A DNA stretch of 64,000 nucleotides from NCBI GenBank assembly GCA_965223665.1, contig OZ245011.1, positions 2,880,001-2,944,000 on the forward strand, given 5' to 3'. A model generated the notes under the pieces. The model saw nothing but the letters and a program-made list of their open reading frames with translations. It was not told where the DNA came from and ran no database searches. Position 1 is the first letter of the stretch; each line of letters starts with the position of its first letter. This DNA comes from Nitrospinaceae bacterium. Lineage in GTDB: Bacteria > Nitrospinota > Nitrospinia > Nitrospinales > Nitrospinaceae. The translations under genes and the position numbers were made by a program. This document shows, piece after piece, positions 9,717-19,933 of the stretch.

Positions 9717-10724
9717 ATGGCTATCCCTTTACAACAGGCCCTAAAAGTAGGGTTATATTTGTTTAAGCAAAAATTGAAAGGTCGAAAACGGTATCCTCTC
9801 GTTTTAATGTTGGAACCTCTATTCAGATGTAATTTAGAATGTGTAGGTTGTGGCAAAATTCAGAAAACCAATGAAATCCTTAAAAAGTATCTTACTGTAG
9901 ACCAATGCTTAAATGCAGCAAAAGAGTGCGACGCACCCATTATTTCCATTGCGGGTGGTGAGCCATTAATCCATCCCGACATGGTGGAAATTGTAAAGGG
10001 GTTGGTCAAGCAGGGACGGTTTGTTTATTTGTGTACCAACGCTTTATTGCTTGAACGCCATTTGGATGAATTACCCAAGAGCCCTCAACTTACTTTGTCC
10101 ATTCATTTGGATGGTATGAAAGAACATCACGATCATATTTGTGCTGAAGAAGGAGTTTATGATAAAGCTATTTCCGCTATTCGTTCCGCTAAGAAAAAAG
10201 GTTTTCGTGTAACTACTAATACGACATTTTTCGATGGTGTTTCCGTTGAGGAAGCCGAAAGTTTCTTAGATCATGTACGACCTATGGGTGTGGATGGAAT
10301 GACAATTTCATCTGCCTTTCAATACCCCGATGCACCAGTACAAGATAATTTCTTTGGTCGAAACAGAACCATGGAGTTTTTCTCCGAATTACTCTCTAAA
10401 AATAAAAATGGCCGTTGGACATTTAACCATTCCCCGTTTTACTTAGAATTTCTTCAAGGTAAGCGCGATTATGATTGTACTCCCTGGGGTAATCCAAGTT
10501 ATTCCGTACTGGGTTGGCAACGTCCTTGTTATTTGTTAGATGAAGGATACGCCAGTTCTTTTAAAGAGTTAATGGAATCCACCCATTGGGAAAACTATGG
10601 TCATCGAAATCATGAAAAATGCAAAGACTGTACAGCTCATTGTGGTTATGAAGCCACTGCAGTGGAAGATTCTACTCGTGGTTTCAAAAATATGATTATT
10701 TCGGCTAAATCCATATTTTCATAA
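9717..10724 (+). CDS. hpnH: Adenosyl-hopene transferase (hopanoid radical SAM enzyme)
   Basis: YPLVLMLEPLFRCNLECVGCGKI, CTPWGNP, GWQRPCY, KCKDCTAHCGYE. Confidence 0.93.
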   Translation: MAIPLQQALKVGLYLFKQKLKGRKRYPLVLMLEPLFRCNLECVGCGKIQKTNEILKKYLTVDQCLNAAKECDAPIISIAGGEPLIHPDMVEIVKGLVKQGRFVYLCTNALLLERHLDELPKSPQLTLSIHLDGMKEHHDHICAEEGVYDKAISAIRSAKKKGFRVTTNTTFFDGVSVEEAESFLDHVRPMGVDGMTISSAFQYPDAPVQDNFFGRNRTMEFFSELLSKNKNGRWTFNHSPFYLEFLQGKRDYDCTPWGNPSYSVLGWQRPCYLLDEGYASSFKELMESTHWENYGHRNHEKCKDCTAHCGYEATAVEDSTRGFKNMIISAKSIFS

Positions 10725-10820
10725 AATTCCTGATGTTCAATTCTAGGTTTTTTATGGGTCATTTAGTTCAAGGTTTTCTTTCCTTCATTAATCTAAAGTA
10801 AAAATTCAAAAGGTAAAACG

Positions 10821-12197
10821 ATGAAGCTAGGAAGCTCTGGAATTGTTATTTCAGGCGCGGGTACTTCTGTGGGTAAATCATCGATTTCTATTGGGCTCAT
10901 GAGGTTGTTGAAGCGGCAGGGTCATAGTGTGAAACCTTTTAAAGTGGGACCTGATTATATTGACCCAGGCCATCATTACAGGGCAGCAGGAAATCCAAGT
11001 TACAATTTAGACTCATGGATGTCTTCCCCAGGATATATCAAACAAATTTATGATGAAGTCGTTATGGAAGGAGATACTGCCATTGTTGAGGGAGTGATGG
11101 GTTTATTTGACGGAGCCTATTCTACCAAACCTGATGGAACAACGGCAGAAGTGGCAAAAACTTTAGGTCTTCCTGTATTGCTGGTTGTAGAAGGTAAATA
11201 CATGGCACGATCTTTTGCAGCTCTAGTCCAAGGATTTACACAGTTCGATTCAAAGATTGATTTTATCGGAGTGATTGCGAATCGAGTGAACAGTAAAGGC
11301 CATAAGAAAATACTGCAAGAATCGATTGAGCATTACACAAATATGCCTTTTTTAGGAGCCATTCCTTCCAATAAAGAATTAGAAATGCCCAGTCGCCATT
11401 TAGGACTAAAACTAAGCGTTGAGCAAGAAGAAAATTTGTATGAAAGATGGGCAGATCATTTAGAAAAAAATTTAGATATTAGTGCACTTATTACAACAAA
11501 CCTTAATAAAACTCAAAGTTCTATTCCACATAATATTTCAGGTGTCAATCGATGGAATGTACAACCCAGATCAAAAAAGTTTAAAGTTGCAATTGCGAAA
11601 GATGAAGCTTTTCAGTTTATATATCAAGATACTTTAGATTTAATTCAAGCTTTGGGAGGAGAGATTCAGTTTTTTTCACCCCTGAAAGACACAACTTTAC
11701 CTACAAATTCAAACTTAATTTATTTTCCTGGAGGATACCCTGAACTCCATGCCAGTGAATTAGATAATAATATTTCACTTCGAAACCAAATATTGAATGC
11801 AGGAAATGAAAGAACTCTTATAATTGGTGAATGCGGTGGACTGATGTATTTAGGAAAATGTTTAAGGGACTTAGAGGGAGAAATTCATTCTATGGTTGGT
11901 TTGTTTGAATTTACAACCACCATGGAACATAAAAAACTAACCATAGGTTATCGTGAATTAGAGTTTTTTCCCGATTCAAAAGAGAAAGAACTAATAGTTT
12001 TAAAGGGACATGAATTTCACTGTTTTGAAATGGAAAATGATATTGAATCCTCCCATATGAAGCATCGCTGTCCAAAAACTCAATCACTAATTCAAGACGG
12101 ATATATATACCTTAACTGTTTTGCTTTTAGGTCTCATATCTATTGGCCTTCATCCCTTGAAGGATTTAATTTTATATTAAACAAGATAGAAAATTAA
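10821..12197 (+). CDS. cbiA: Cobyrinate a,c-diamide synthase
   Basis: GKS P-loop, FKVGPDYIDP, EGVMGLFDG, SRHLGL, GGYPEL, GECGG, GHEFH. Confidence 0.92.
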   Translation: MKLGSSGIVISGAGTSVGKSSISIGLMRLLKRQGHSVKPFKVGPDYIDPGHHYRAAGNPSYNLDSWMSSPGYIKQIYDEVVMEGDTAIVEGVMGLFDGAYSTKPDGTTAEVAKTLGLPVLLVVEGKYMARSFAALVQGFTQFDSKIDFIGVIANRVNSKGHKKILQESIEHYTNMPFLGAIPSNKELEMPSRHLGLKLSVEQEENLYERWADHLEKNLDISALITTNLNKTQSSIPHNISGVNRWNVQPRSKKFKVAIAKDEAFQFIYQDTLDLIQALGGEIQFFSPLKDTTLPTNSNLIYFPGGYPELHASELDNNISLRNQILNAGNERTLIIGECGGLMYLGKCLRDLEGEIHSMVGLFEFTTTMEHKKLTIGYRELEFFPDSKEKELIVLKGHEFHCFEMENDIESSHMKHRCPKTQSLIQDGYIYLNCFAFRSHIYWPSSLEGFNFILNKIEN

Positions 12198-12205
12198 AAA
12201 CAACT

Positions 12206-13051
12206 CTAAGTTTTTAAACTGTTAAACAAATCTTGGTATTTTACATTTCCAGGATTTAGTTGTATGGCCCTTTGAATTGATTCTTTTGCATCTATTGGTT
12301 TGTCAATTACCGTCTGAATCTGGGCAATTTGGTAATAAGCCTCCGGTTGGTATGGATTTATTGCAATGGATTGATTCAAGGCCTCTAAAGCTTTAGGGTA
12401 ATCTTCACGATCTTTATACAAGAGCCCTAAATGAAAATGAGTTAAAGTAGATTTAGAATCTAACTTTAAAGACTGCTGTAAGTACTTTTCGGCTTGATCT
12501 AAATTTCCTACCATCCGATAACTATCGGCAATGTTATTTAAATAAAGAGGATTATTCGATTCTTTTTGGATAGCGGTTTTATAATGTTCAATTGCTTTTT
12601 GGTACTCTTTCCGTGTTTTGTAAATATTACCGATATTGTTATATGCTCTGGAATCATTATCATCTTCCTGGAGCTGAATGGCTTTTTCCCACTGCTCTAA
12701 AGCTTTATCAGAATTTCCTTCCATATAAAAACACATGCCCAGGTTGATTCTAGCTTGTAAATGTTTCGCATCAATTTCGATAACTTTTTCAAACATTGTT
12801 TTAGCATTTTCGATTTGCTTCATTCCAAAATAGATTAAACCTTTTTTATCATAAGCCTCGGCATTTTTGGGATTCAGTTTTATAGCCAAATCAAATTCAT
12901 CCAATGAATTTTTAAATAATTTGTATTGAGCAAACTCAATACCAAGGCGGTAATGTTCGTTGGAGGCTTTGGGATCGATTAGTTGTTTTTCAGAAGAACA
13001 AGCAATCGTAAAAAGTAAAATTGAAATTGTAAAAATAAGTTTTTTATTCAT
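12206..13051 (-). CDS. TPR-repeat lipoprotein
   Basis: MNKK-hydrophobic-IAC lipobox followed by multiple TPR repeats. Confidence 0.8.
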   Translation of the reverse strand: MNKKLIFTISILLFTIACSSEKQLIDPKASNEHYRLGIEFAQYKLFKNSLDEFDLAIKLNPKNAEAYDKKGLIYFGMKQIENAKTMFEKVIEIDAKHLQARINLGMCFYMEGNSDKALEQWEKAIQLQEDDNDSRAYNNIGNIYKTRKEYQKAIEHYKTAIQKESNNPLYLNNIADSYRMVGNLDQAEKYLQQSLKLDSKSTLTHFHLGLLYKDREDYPKALEALNQSIAINPYQPEAYYQIAQIQTVIDKPIDAKESIQRAIQLNPGNVKYQDLFNSLKT

Positions 13052-13062
13052 GGGAAGTATTT

Positions 13063-13094
13063 GGAAAAGAAGGGACCGGCAGATAACCGGTCCC
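13063..13094 (-). terminator. Intrinsic terminator after the secreted-protein pair
   Basis: Minus strand GGGACCGG-N7-CCGGTCCC then TTCTTTTC. Confidence 0.8.
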
Positions 13095-13107
13095 AATATT
13101 AGAAAAT

Positions 13108-13740
13108 TTAGTTCATACCTCGTCCACCCGTTGGTACTCCACCGGAACCTAAGGTCACACCGGAGGACGGAAGAGTGGAGTCATGCATATCACCAATAAA
13201 TTCCATGGAGAATCCTGCGTTACTGGCTTCGGCAAAAACAACCCCCCACATTGCGATTTGGTTGAGGTTTTCATATTTGCCATTTCCATTTTGAACAGTG
13301 GGGGTCGTATTATCCGAAAGAATTCTAACGTTCCCCAACACCGCACCACTAGAGGTCGTAGTAATAAAATGGTCTCTTGCAGTAAAAGCTGCGTTATTGG
13401 TGGTTGGGTTAATTGAAGGATGGTTAGTAGCAACTATGAATAATTTATGGGTCTCACCTGCACCCACGGTAAAATTAATAGATGTACTTCCTACGATTTG
13501 ACCCGCAGTTGTTCCTTCTAATGAAACTGTCAACCCAATATTAGAAGCCGCAGTACTTAAAGAAGGATGAGTAAAAGCTAAAAACGAATAAAAACCACCA
13601 GCAGATGGACCACCTGGTACTACCTGAGCAAAAGGCGATACGGCCACTCGTGATCGGTCCACGGTTTGTGCCGTGGCAAACTGGACCAGCATTACAAACG
13701 CTGCCAGAGTTATAATTGTTATATGAATTAACTTCTTCAT
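13108..13740 (-). CDS. Secreted hypothetical protein (paralog B)
   Basis: Sec signal ending ATA, AAGGAG RBS, motifs shared with 13793-14383. Confidence 0.85.
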   Translation of the reverse strand: MKKLIHITIITLAAFVMLVQFATAQTVDRSRVAVSPFAQVVPGGPSAGGFYSFLAFTHPSLSTAASNIGLTVSLEGTTAGQIVGSTSINFTVGAGETHKLFIVATNHPSINPTTNNAAFTARDHFITTTSSGAVLGNVRILSDNTTPTVQNGNGKYENLNQIAMWGVVFAEASNAGFSMEFIGDMHDSTLPSSGVTLGSGGVPTGGRGMN

Positions 13741-13792
13741 AAGTTGTTCTCCTTAGTTTAACCAGCTATTCGGATAAAGTTTCAAGCCGATT

Positions 13793-14383
13793 CTAGTTTA
13801 CCCCACTGGGGAAAGTATTAGCTGCTTGGCCCGGGTGCGATGAGGAATCATTCATGTCTCCAATGAATTCCATAGCAAAACCCGTATTGGAGCCGGAAAA
13901 TACCACTGCACCCCAATAAGACAACCTCGTAATATCATTGGTACTTCCAGATTGAACAGGGTCAAATCTTATATACCCGGTTCCGCCGGCATTTGTTGAA
14001 CCAAGAATGACGGTATCATTCGGAAAATTGGCCACGTTAAACAAAGAATTCGAAGTCTGCAGGTTGGTGCCAAAAATAAAAATCTTGGAAGTCTGCCCAG
14101 CACTCACTGTAAAAGTCTGGGAGGTTCCATAAATATTTGCAGCGCCTTCGCCTCCATCACCTAAAAATGCTGTGACAGTTACACCAACATCAGAAGCCAT
14201 TCCACTTAAAGATGGATGAGCAATGCCTATAAAGGTGTAGGTAGATCCAGCATGTTGCCAATAGGGAGCGATAACTCTGCTAGACGGGTCGATGGCAAAG
14301 GCATTGTTTGCGCTTACTGCTAACAAGACAAATACAGCCATACCCGAGATCGAAATGGATCGGAAAATCCGTTTAATTTTCAT
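13793..14383 (-). CDS. Secreted hypothetical protein (paralog A)
   Basis: ATG 14383 after AAGGAG RBS; Sec signal ending AFA; motifs shared with 13108-13740. Confidence 0.85.
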   Translation of the reverse strand: MKIKRIFRSISISGMAVFVLLAVSANNAFAIDPSSRVIAPYWQHAGSTYTFIGIAHPSLSGMASDVGVTVTAFLGDGGEGAANIYGTSQTFTVSAGQTSKIFIFGTNLQTSNSLFNVANFPNDTVILGSTNAGGTGYIRFDPVQSGSTNDITRLSYWGAVVFSGSNTGFAMEFIGDMNDSSSHPGQAANTFPSGVN

Positions 14384-14652
14384 TAGAAATTTCTCCTTTA
14401 TATTCCGAATCTTCTTTTCAGAAGAAAATTGACAGACGTTAAAAAAAAGTTTTTCCAGGCAACGACCCCCTTCCAAAAATTAGAAATAAATAAGGTAATG
14501 TATTTTTATTTGAGTAACTTACTTCCAGTGTAAACCAATAAGTTTATATTTTTGAAAACAAATTCAATTATTCTTCCAAACTTTTTCTAAGTTATGAAAA
14601 AACAATCAAAATTAATATTCTTTGTCTAAAATGAGAAAAAATGCTTGATTTT

Positions 14653-14679
14653 CTATCGGTTGGAAATAGTAATACTTTA
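14653..14679 (-). promoter_or_regulatory. Sigma28 (FliA)-like promoter upstream of the paralog pair
   Basis: Minus strand TAAAGTAT-N11-ACCGATAG versus consensus TAAAGTTT-N11-GCCGATAA. Confidence 0.55.
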
Positions 14680-14997
14680 GGGGAGTTCAAATAATTAGAA
14701 AGAATTCCTATTTCAAATTTTTTACAATTTCCCGAAAAGTACAAATAAATTTTGTGAGATAATGCAATTTGGCTTAAAAATGTCGGGAATATCGTTTTGA
14801 TTGTAATAGAAAGATAAATCTAGCTTCCCTTTTTTGCCGCACCTGTTATTCTGTAAAAAGCTTGATTAACTACGATATTTGTCTTGCTCCAACGAACTAA
14901 CAATACAAGCATCAATCACAAATCCATAAATTGAGTTTTTTCAACTATTTGATATAATTGAACTAATTTAATCCCACACAATAAAAATACCGAGAAA

Positions 14998-15798
14998 ATG
15001 ATGAATAATCCAAGGGTCTTTACCATTAAAGAGAACCGCAGACTGGTTTTATTTTTATTCTGTCTGGTGCCTTTTTGGCTTGCTGCATGTGCTACCCAAA
15101 GTACAAAAAAAAATTCTGGAAATAAACTGGAAGCTCAAAAATACTATGACTTAGCCGAAAAGGCCTATTCTGTCAAACAAAAGGATGAGTTTTATCGAAA
15201 TTTAGATAAAGCTATCGAATTGGACCCTGAGGAACCCTATTTTCACCTTGTTAAAGGAGATGCTTATTTTGAAGATGTCAAACTTGATGCGGCAGAACAA
15301 GAATATTTAACTGCTATTAAATTAGGGATAGAAAATCCCGACGGTAATCGCCAACTGGGCCGATTATATATGCAAAAAAGGGATTGGGACAGTGCCATCT
15401 ATTATTTAAAAAAGGCAACTGAAGCGAGAAACTTAATAGCCCCTCATCAAATTTATAATTGGCTGGCTCTTTGCTATTATGCCAAGGGTGAATTGAGTAA
15501 CGCAGAAAAGACATGGGTTAAATCTTTAGGAATAAAAGAAAATGGTCAGATAAGGATGAATTTAGGCCTTATTTATAAAGAAGCAGCTGAATTCGAAAAA
15601 GCAAAAGAATCCTTAACTAAAGCAATTGAATTAGATTCCAAACTGGTTCGTGCACATTACGAAATTGCCCAATTGTATTTAAAAGATCGTAGATTTGCTG
15701 AAGCAAGGGAACATTTTCAGAAAGTGATTGATTTGGAGCCGTTAGGAAAATCGGCAAAAACATCTAAAGAATATTTAAAACTAATGCCTAGTGAGTAA
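14998..15798 (+). CDS. TPR lipoprotein, PilF/PilW-like type IV pilus biogenesis protein
   Basis: LAAC lipobox, TPR repeats, position directly upstream of a rodZ-like gene. Confidence 0.65.
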   Translation: MMNNPRVFTIKENRRLVLFLFCLVPFWLAACATQSTKKNSGNKLEAQKYYDLAEKAYSVKQKDEFYRNLDKAIELDPEEPYFHLVKGDAYFEDVKLDAAEQEYLTAIKLGIENPDGNRQLGRLYMQKRDWDSAIYYLKKATEARNLIAPHQIYNWLALCYYAKGELSNAEKTWVKSLGIKENGQIRMNLGLIYKEAAEFEKAKESLTKAIELDSKLVRAHYEIAQLYLKDRRFAEAREHFQKVIDLEPLGKSAKTSKEYLKLMPSE

Positions 15799-15801
15799 AT
15801 T

Positions 15802-16944
15802 ATGACCGAGGATTTTGGTTCTTATTTAAAACATGAACGTGAATTAAGGGGAGTTTCTCTTGAAGAAATTGCTTCTTTAACAAAAATCCATATCCGATAT
15901 TTAAATGCGTTGGAAAATAATCAATACGACGATCTTCCTGGAGAAGTATTTATAAAAGGATTTATTAGATCTTATGCTCGGGCCATCGGAGCCAATGTAG
16001 ACGAGTGGATAACGGCTTATGACGATTCAATTGGACGTGACCGTAGAGAAAAAATTATTATTGAATCTAACACAAACGATTCCATCAATGATGTTCAATC
16101 TAAACCAAAGAAAACTATCTTTGCTTTAGGGGCTTTCATAGTCCTTATTGTTATTATTGCATACATGGTTTCTCCAGAAAACCAGGCAAAAAAAAACCTT
16201 TCGAGTCAAAATATATTAGCCCCGGATAATATTGATAATGAGGTTTCTTCGGTACCCAGCTCTGAAGACCCTTTGTTCCCTTTAGAGGATAACCCAATTG
16301 CTGAAAAACAAATTTCAGAAGAAAGTATAGGTTCTTCGGTTGAAAAAGAAGAAATTAATCAGGTCAATTCCACATCTGATAGGGCTGAAAAGTCTCAGCC
16401 CTCCTTAAAACCAGAAACTCCCATAAAAAAAATTGAAATCGCACAAAAGCCCCCAAAATTGGAGGAAATACAAGAATCTCCTCGAATTGAAGAACCCAAA
16501 GAGCTTTCGGAAAACATTTCTGAGGTTCCAGAAGAACCGAAAATAGAAGATGTTTCCACTATCAACCAAGTAAAAGTAACGGAGAATATAGAACCAGATT
16601 CTAATGATGGAATTGTGGAAGAAAAAGAAGAAGATAATAAAAAAATCATAGAAAATGAAATAAATCAATCAAAGAGTTTGGCAGTTGAGGCAAAACCCTT
16701 TAAACTAGAAATACGCGTGAGTGAAAATTCTTGGTTTAATTTGACGATTGATAAAGGTCAGCAACAAGATTTTATTTTGCCCGCAGGGACAAATAAGCAA
16801 TTTCAGGCACAAAAAGCTATTCGCTTGACCATTGGAAATCGCCGAGGAACTCAAGTCATTTTAAATGAAGAAGAACTTAATTTGCCTGAAACGGCAGATA
16901 ATATTATTCGAGATTTAATTTTAAGCGAAGAAACATTAGGTTGA
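15802..16944 (+). CDS. rodZ: RodZ-like protein (HTH + TM + DUF4115-like C-terminus)
   Basis: FGSYLKHERELRGVSLEEIA...LPGEVFIKGFIRSYA, single TM, acidic linker, SW...LTIGN C-terminal domain. Confidence 0.82.
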   Translation: MTEDFGSYLKHERELRGVSLEEIASLTKIHIRYLNALENNQYDDLPGEVFIKGFIRSYARAIGANVDEWITAYDDSIGRDRREKIIIESNTNDSINDVQSKPKKTIFALGAFIVLIVIIAYMVSPENQAKKNLSSQNILAPDNIDNEVSSVPSSEDPLFPLEDNPIAEKQISEESIGSSVEKEEINQVNSTSDRAEKSQPSLKPETPIKKIEIAQKPPKLEEIQESPRIEEPKELSENISEVPEEPKIEDVSTINQVKVTENIEPDSNDGIVEEKEEDNKKIIENEINQSKSLAVEAKPFKLEIRVSENSWFNLTIDKGQQQDFILPAGTNKQFQAQKAIRLTIGNRRGTQVILNEEELNLPETADNIIRDLILSEETLG

Positions 16945-16947
16945 TTT

Positions 16948-18021
16948 ATGGCAAAAATTGATGCGTTTTTTAAATTAATGAATGAACAAGGGGCCTCCGA
17001 CCTTCACCTTGTTTCAGGTTCTCAACCCGTTCTTAGAATTAACGGGGATATGGAGCGTGTTAAATATAAAACTATTGAGAATGATGAATTGAAATCGTTA
17101 CTCTATGAAATTGCTCCTGAAAATAAAATTAAGATATTTGAAGAAACAGGGGATATAGATTTTGCTTACGAAATTCCAAATTTAGCAAGATACCGGGCAA
17201 ATTATTTCCAGCAAAAATGGGGAATTGGCGCTGTATTTCGTGAAATTCCCAGTAAAATTTTAACTGCGGATGAATTAGGACTCCCCTCAGTAATCAAAAA
17301 ATTGTCCATGTTGCATAAGGGGATTGTCTTGGTGACTGGGCCCACGGGTAGTGGTAAATCTACCACCCTTGCCGCAATGATGGATTATGTAAATAAAAAT
17401 AAAAAAGCACACATCATTACAGTGGAAGACCCCGTTGAATTCGTGCATCAAAGCCAAAGTTGCATTGTTAATCATCGGGAAGTGGGTTCACATACACAAA
17501 GTTTTAAATCGGCTCTGCGCGGCGCGTTGCGTGAGGATCCTGACATTATATTAGTGGGAGAAATGCGGGATTTAGAAACCATCGAATTGGCTTTGGAAGC
17601 GGCGTCTACTGGACATTTAGTTTTTGGTACATTACATACTCAAAGTGCCGCGAAAACTATTGACCGGGTAATCGATGTCTTCCCTGCCAATCAACAACCC
17701 CAAATTCGAACTACTTTATCAGAGAGTTTGAAGGGAGTGGTAGCGCAAAATTTATTTAAGCGAGTAGATAAGAAAGGCCGTATAGCAGTCTTAGAAGTGT
17801 TGGTCGTAACACCGGCCGCTTCTAATTTAATTCGGGAGGGCAAAACATTCCAAATTCCTTCTGTCATTCAGACAGGGAAGAAATATGGAATGCAATCATT
17901 GGACGATGCAATTTTAGAAGCCTTACAAGCTAAGAAAATAAGTGCTGAAGATGCCTATGATAAGGCAATTGTGAAAGAAAGATTTGTTCAATTTTTAAAA
18001 ACACCTCCGGAATTTATATAG
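16948..18021 (+). CDS. pilT: Type IV pilus retraction ATPase
   Basis: ASDLHL, GPTGSGKSTT, EDPVE, ALREDPDIILVGEMRD, GHLVFGTLHT, SNLIRE. Confidence 0.93.
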   Translation: MAKIDAFFKLMNEQGASDLHLVSGSQPVLRINGDMERVKYKTIENDELKSLLYEIAPENKIKIFEETGDIDFAYEIPNLARYRANYFQQKWGIGAVFREIPSKILTADELGLPSVIKKLSMLHKGIVLVTGPTGSGKSTTLAAMMDYVNKNKKAHIITVEDPVEFVHQSQSCIVNHREVGSHTQSFKSALRGALREDPDIILVGEMRDLETIELALEAASTGHLVFGTLHTQSAAKTIDRVIDVFPANQQPQIRTTLSESLKGVVAQNLFKRVDKKGRIAVLEVLVVTPAASNLIREGKTFQIPSVIQTGKKYGMQSLDDAILEALQAKKISAEDAYDKAIVKERFVQFLKTPPEFI

Positions 18022-18027
18022 AAGCGA

Positions 18028-19224
18028 ATGAGAAAAGCTGAAGTTGACCACATACTAACCTCTATGCTTGAGGCTTTTGGAAATATTTCCGACCTTAATA
18101 TTACTGTCGGTAAAGCATTTCAAGTAGAAAATTCGGGCCAGTTAAAAGATGTGCCCATGCATCCTCCGATCAAAAGTATTACCCCTTTTCAATCTGAAAT
18201 TATGGCGTTAAATGTCATCGCAAATGATCGGCGATTGACTGATAACTTAATACGTTCCGGATCCTGCGACTGCTCTTATTATATCCAGGGCAAAGCAAGA
18301 TTTCGTGTCAATATTTTTTCTCAAAGAGGAAACTACAGCATTGTAATGCGGAGGTTAGAGACACGGATTCCGTCTATTGAAGAGATGGGTCTTCCTCCAC
18401 AATTTGCAAAAGCAGCTGAAGAAAAAAATGGACTGATTCTTGTAACAGGTGCTACTGGAAGTGGTAAGTCCACAACGCTCGCAACTCTTTTGAATAAAAT
18501 AAATCATGAAAAATCGGTTCATATTATTACATTGGAAGACCCTGTAGAGTTTATGCATCCGCATTTACAATCTACTTTTAACCAAAGAGAGTTAGGTAGC
18601 GATTTTGATAACTTTGCCAGCGGTCTACGGGCCGCATTAAGACAGGCACCCAAAGTAATATTAGTGGGGGAAATGCGCGATAGAGAAACTGTAGAAATTG
18701 GAATGAGTGCCGCAGAAACCGGTCATCTTGTTATGAGTACTCTTCACACAGTTGACGCAGGTCAAACCATTAATCGTATAGTTGGTATGTTTAATCAAGA
18801 AGAAGAACAACAAATTCGTATTCGATTGGCTGATACATTAAGGTGGGTTATCAGTCAAAGGTTAGTTCCAAGATTGGGGGGTGGAAGAATCGCTTTGTTG
18901 GAAATTATGCAAAATAATATGCGCGTTAAAGAAGCAATCATAAATGGCGAAACCGAAGACAAAACCTTCTATGACATTATTAATAATGGAAGCGCTTACG
19001 GAATGTGGACCTTTGATCAAAATATTATTAAGCTTTATAAAGAAAGAAAAATATCTGAAGAAACGGCAATGGCTTATGCAACCAGAAAAGCAATTGTTGG
19101 TAGAGGAATTGATTCAATCAAATCTGACAGAGGTGAAAGCACTACAGATATTGAAGATCTCAGTATGGACGAGGAATATGATCGTGAGGCTGGGTATGGT
19201 AAAACCAAATATAAAAAACGTTAA
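18028..19224 (+). CDS. Second PilT/PilU family ATPase
   Basis: GATGSGKSTT, ALRQAPKVILVGEMRD, GHLVMSTLHT. Confidence 0.9.
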   Translation: MRKAEVDHILTSMLEAFGNISDLNITVGKAFQVENSGQLKDVPMHPPIKSITPFQSEIMALNVIANDRRLTDNLIRSGSCDCSYYIQGKARFRVNIFSQRGNYSIVMRRLETRIPSIEEMGLPPQFAKAAEEKNGLILVTGATGSGKSTTLATLLNKINHEKSVHIITLEDPVEFMHPHLQSTFNQRELGSDFDNFASGLRAALRQAPKVILVGEMRDRETVEIGMSAAETGHLVMSTLHTVDAGQTINRIVGMFNQEEEQQIRIRLADTLRWVISQRLVPRLGGGRIALLEIMQNNMRVKEAIINGETEDKTFYDIINNGSAYGMWTFDQNIIKLYKERKISEETAMAYATRKAIVGRGIDSIKSDRGESTTDIEDLSMDEEYDREAGYGKTKYKKR

Positions 19225-19251
19225 CTACTAAACCTATTTTTGGAGTATAGA

Positions 19252-19932
19252 ATGCAGGTTTCATGCAACCATTGCAATCGTAAATTGGATATCCCGGAGG
19301 AAAAGATTCCGTCCGGGCAAGCTTTCAATTTAACGTGCCCAGGTTGTAAAAATAAATTCAGGGTAGACAGTCATCTTGAAAAAACTGAACTTTATAAACC
19401 TGAAGAAGAAGATCGTGTAGATGAATATCAGTCTGTAGACACCACTTTAATGTTTACAGATGCAGAATTTGACAATGACGAAGAAGTTTTTGAAATCTAT
19501 GATGAAAACGATCAGGTAGCCTTAATTTTAGATTCTAAATATGAAGATGCATGGTCCGCTGCTTTATCCGGATTAGAATTTAAACTACAAACCGCTAATT
19601 CACCTGAACATGCTGTACATAAATTAAAATTCAGTAGTTTCAATGTGGTTATTCTCCATGAAAATTATGGAGAAACTACCTTGGAAACAAGCCCTTTATA
19701 CAACTATATTATCAATATGCCCATGTCAAGTCGGAGAAAAATTTTTGTGATTCTAGTGGGAAAAAATTTTAAATCTACCGACAATATGGAGGCTTTTGCC
19801 CATAGCGTCAACTTAGTCGTAAACGAAAGGGATATTGATAAGTTAGATGTAATCTTAAAGAAAAGTATTAATGAAAATAATATTTTTTATAAAATTTATA
19901 GAGATACCCTCCAATCATTAGGAAAATTTTGA
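19252..19932 (+). CDS. Zinc-ribbon protein with degenerate receiver-like domain
   Basis: CNHC...CPGC N-terminus, acidic linker, alpha/beta C-terminal domain; GGAG RBS before ATG 19252. Confidence 0.7.
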   Translation: MQVSCNHCNRKLDIPEEKIPSGQAFNLTCPGCKNKFRVDSHLEKTELYKPEEEDRVDEYQSVDTTLMFTDAEFDNDEEVFEIYDENDQVALILDSKYEDAWSAALSGLEFKLQTANSPEHAVHKLKFSSFNVVILHENYGETTLETSPLYNYIINMPMSSRRKIFVILVGKNFKSTDNMEAFAHSVNLVVNERDIDKLDVILKKSINENNIFYKIYRDTLQSLGKF

Positions 19933-19933
19933 T

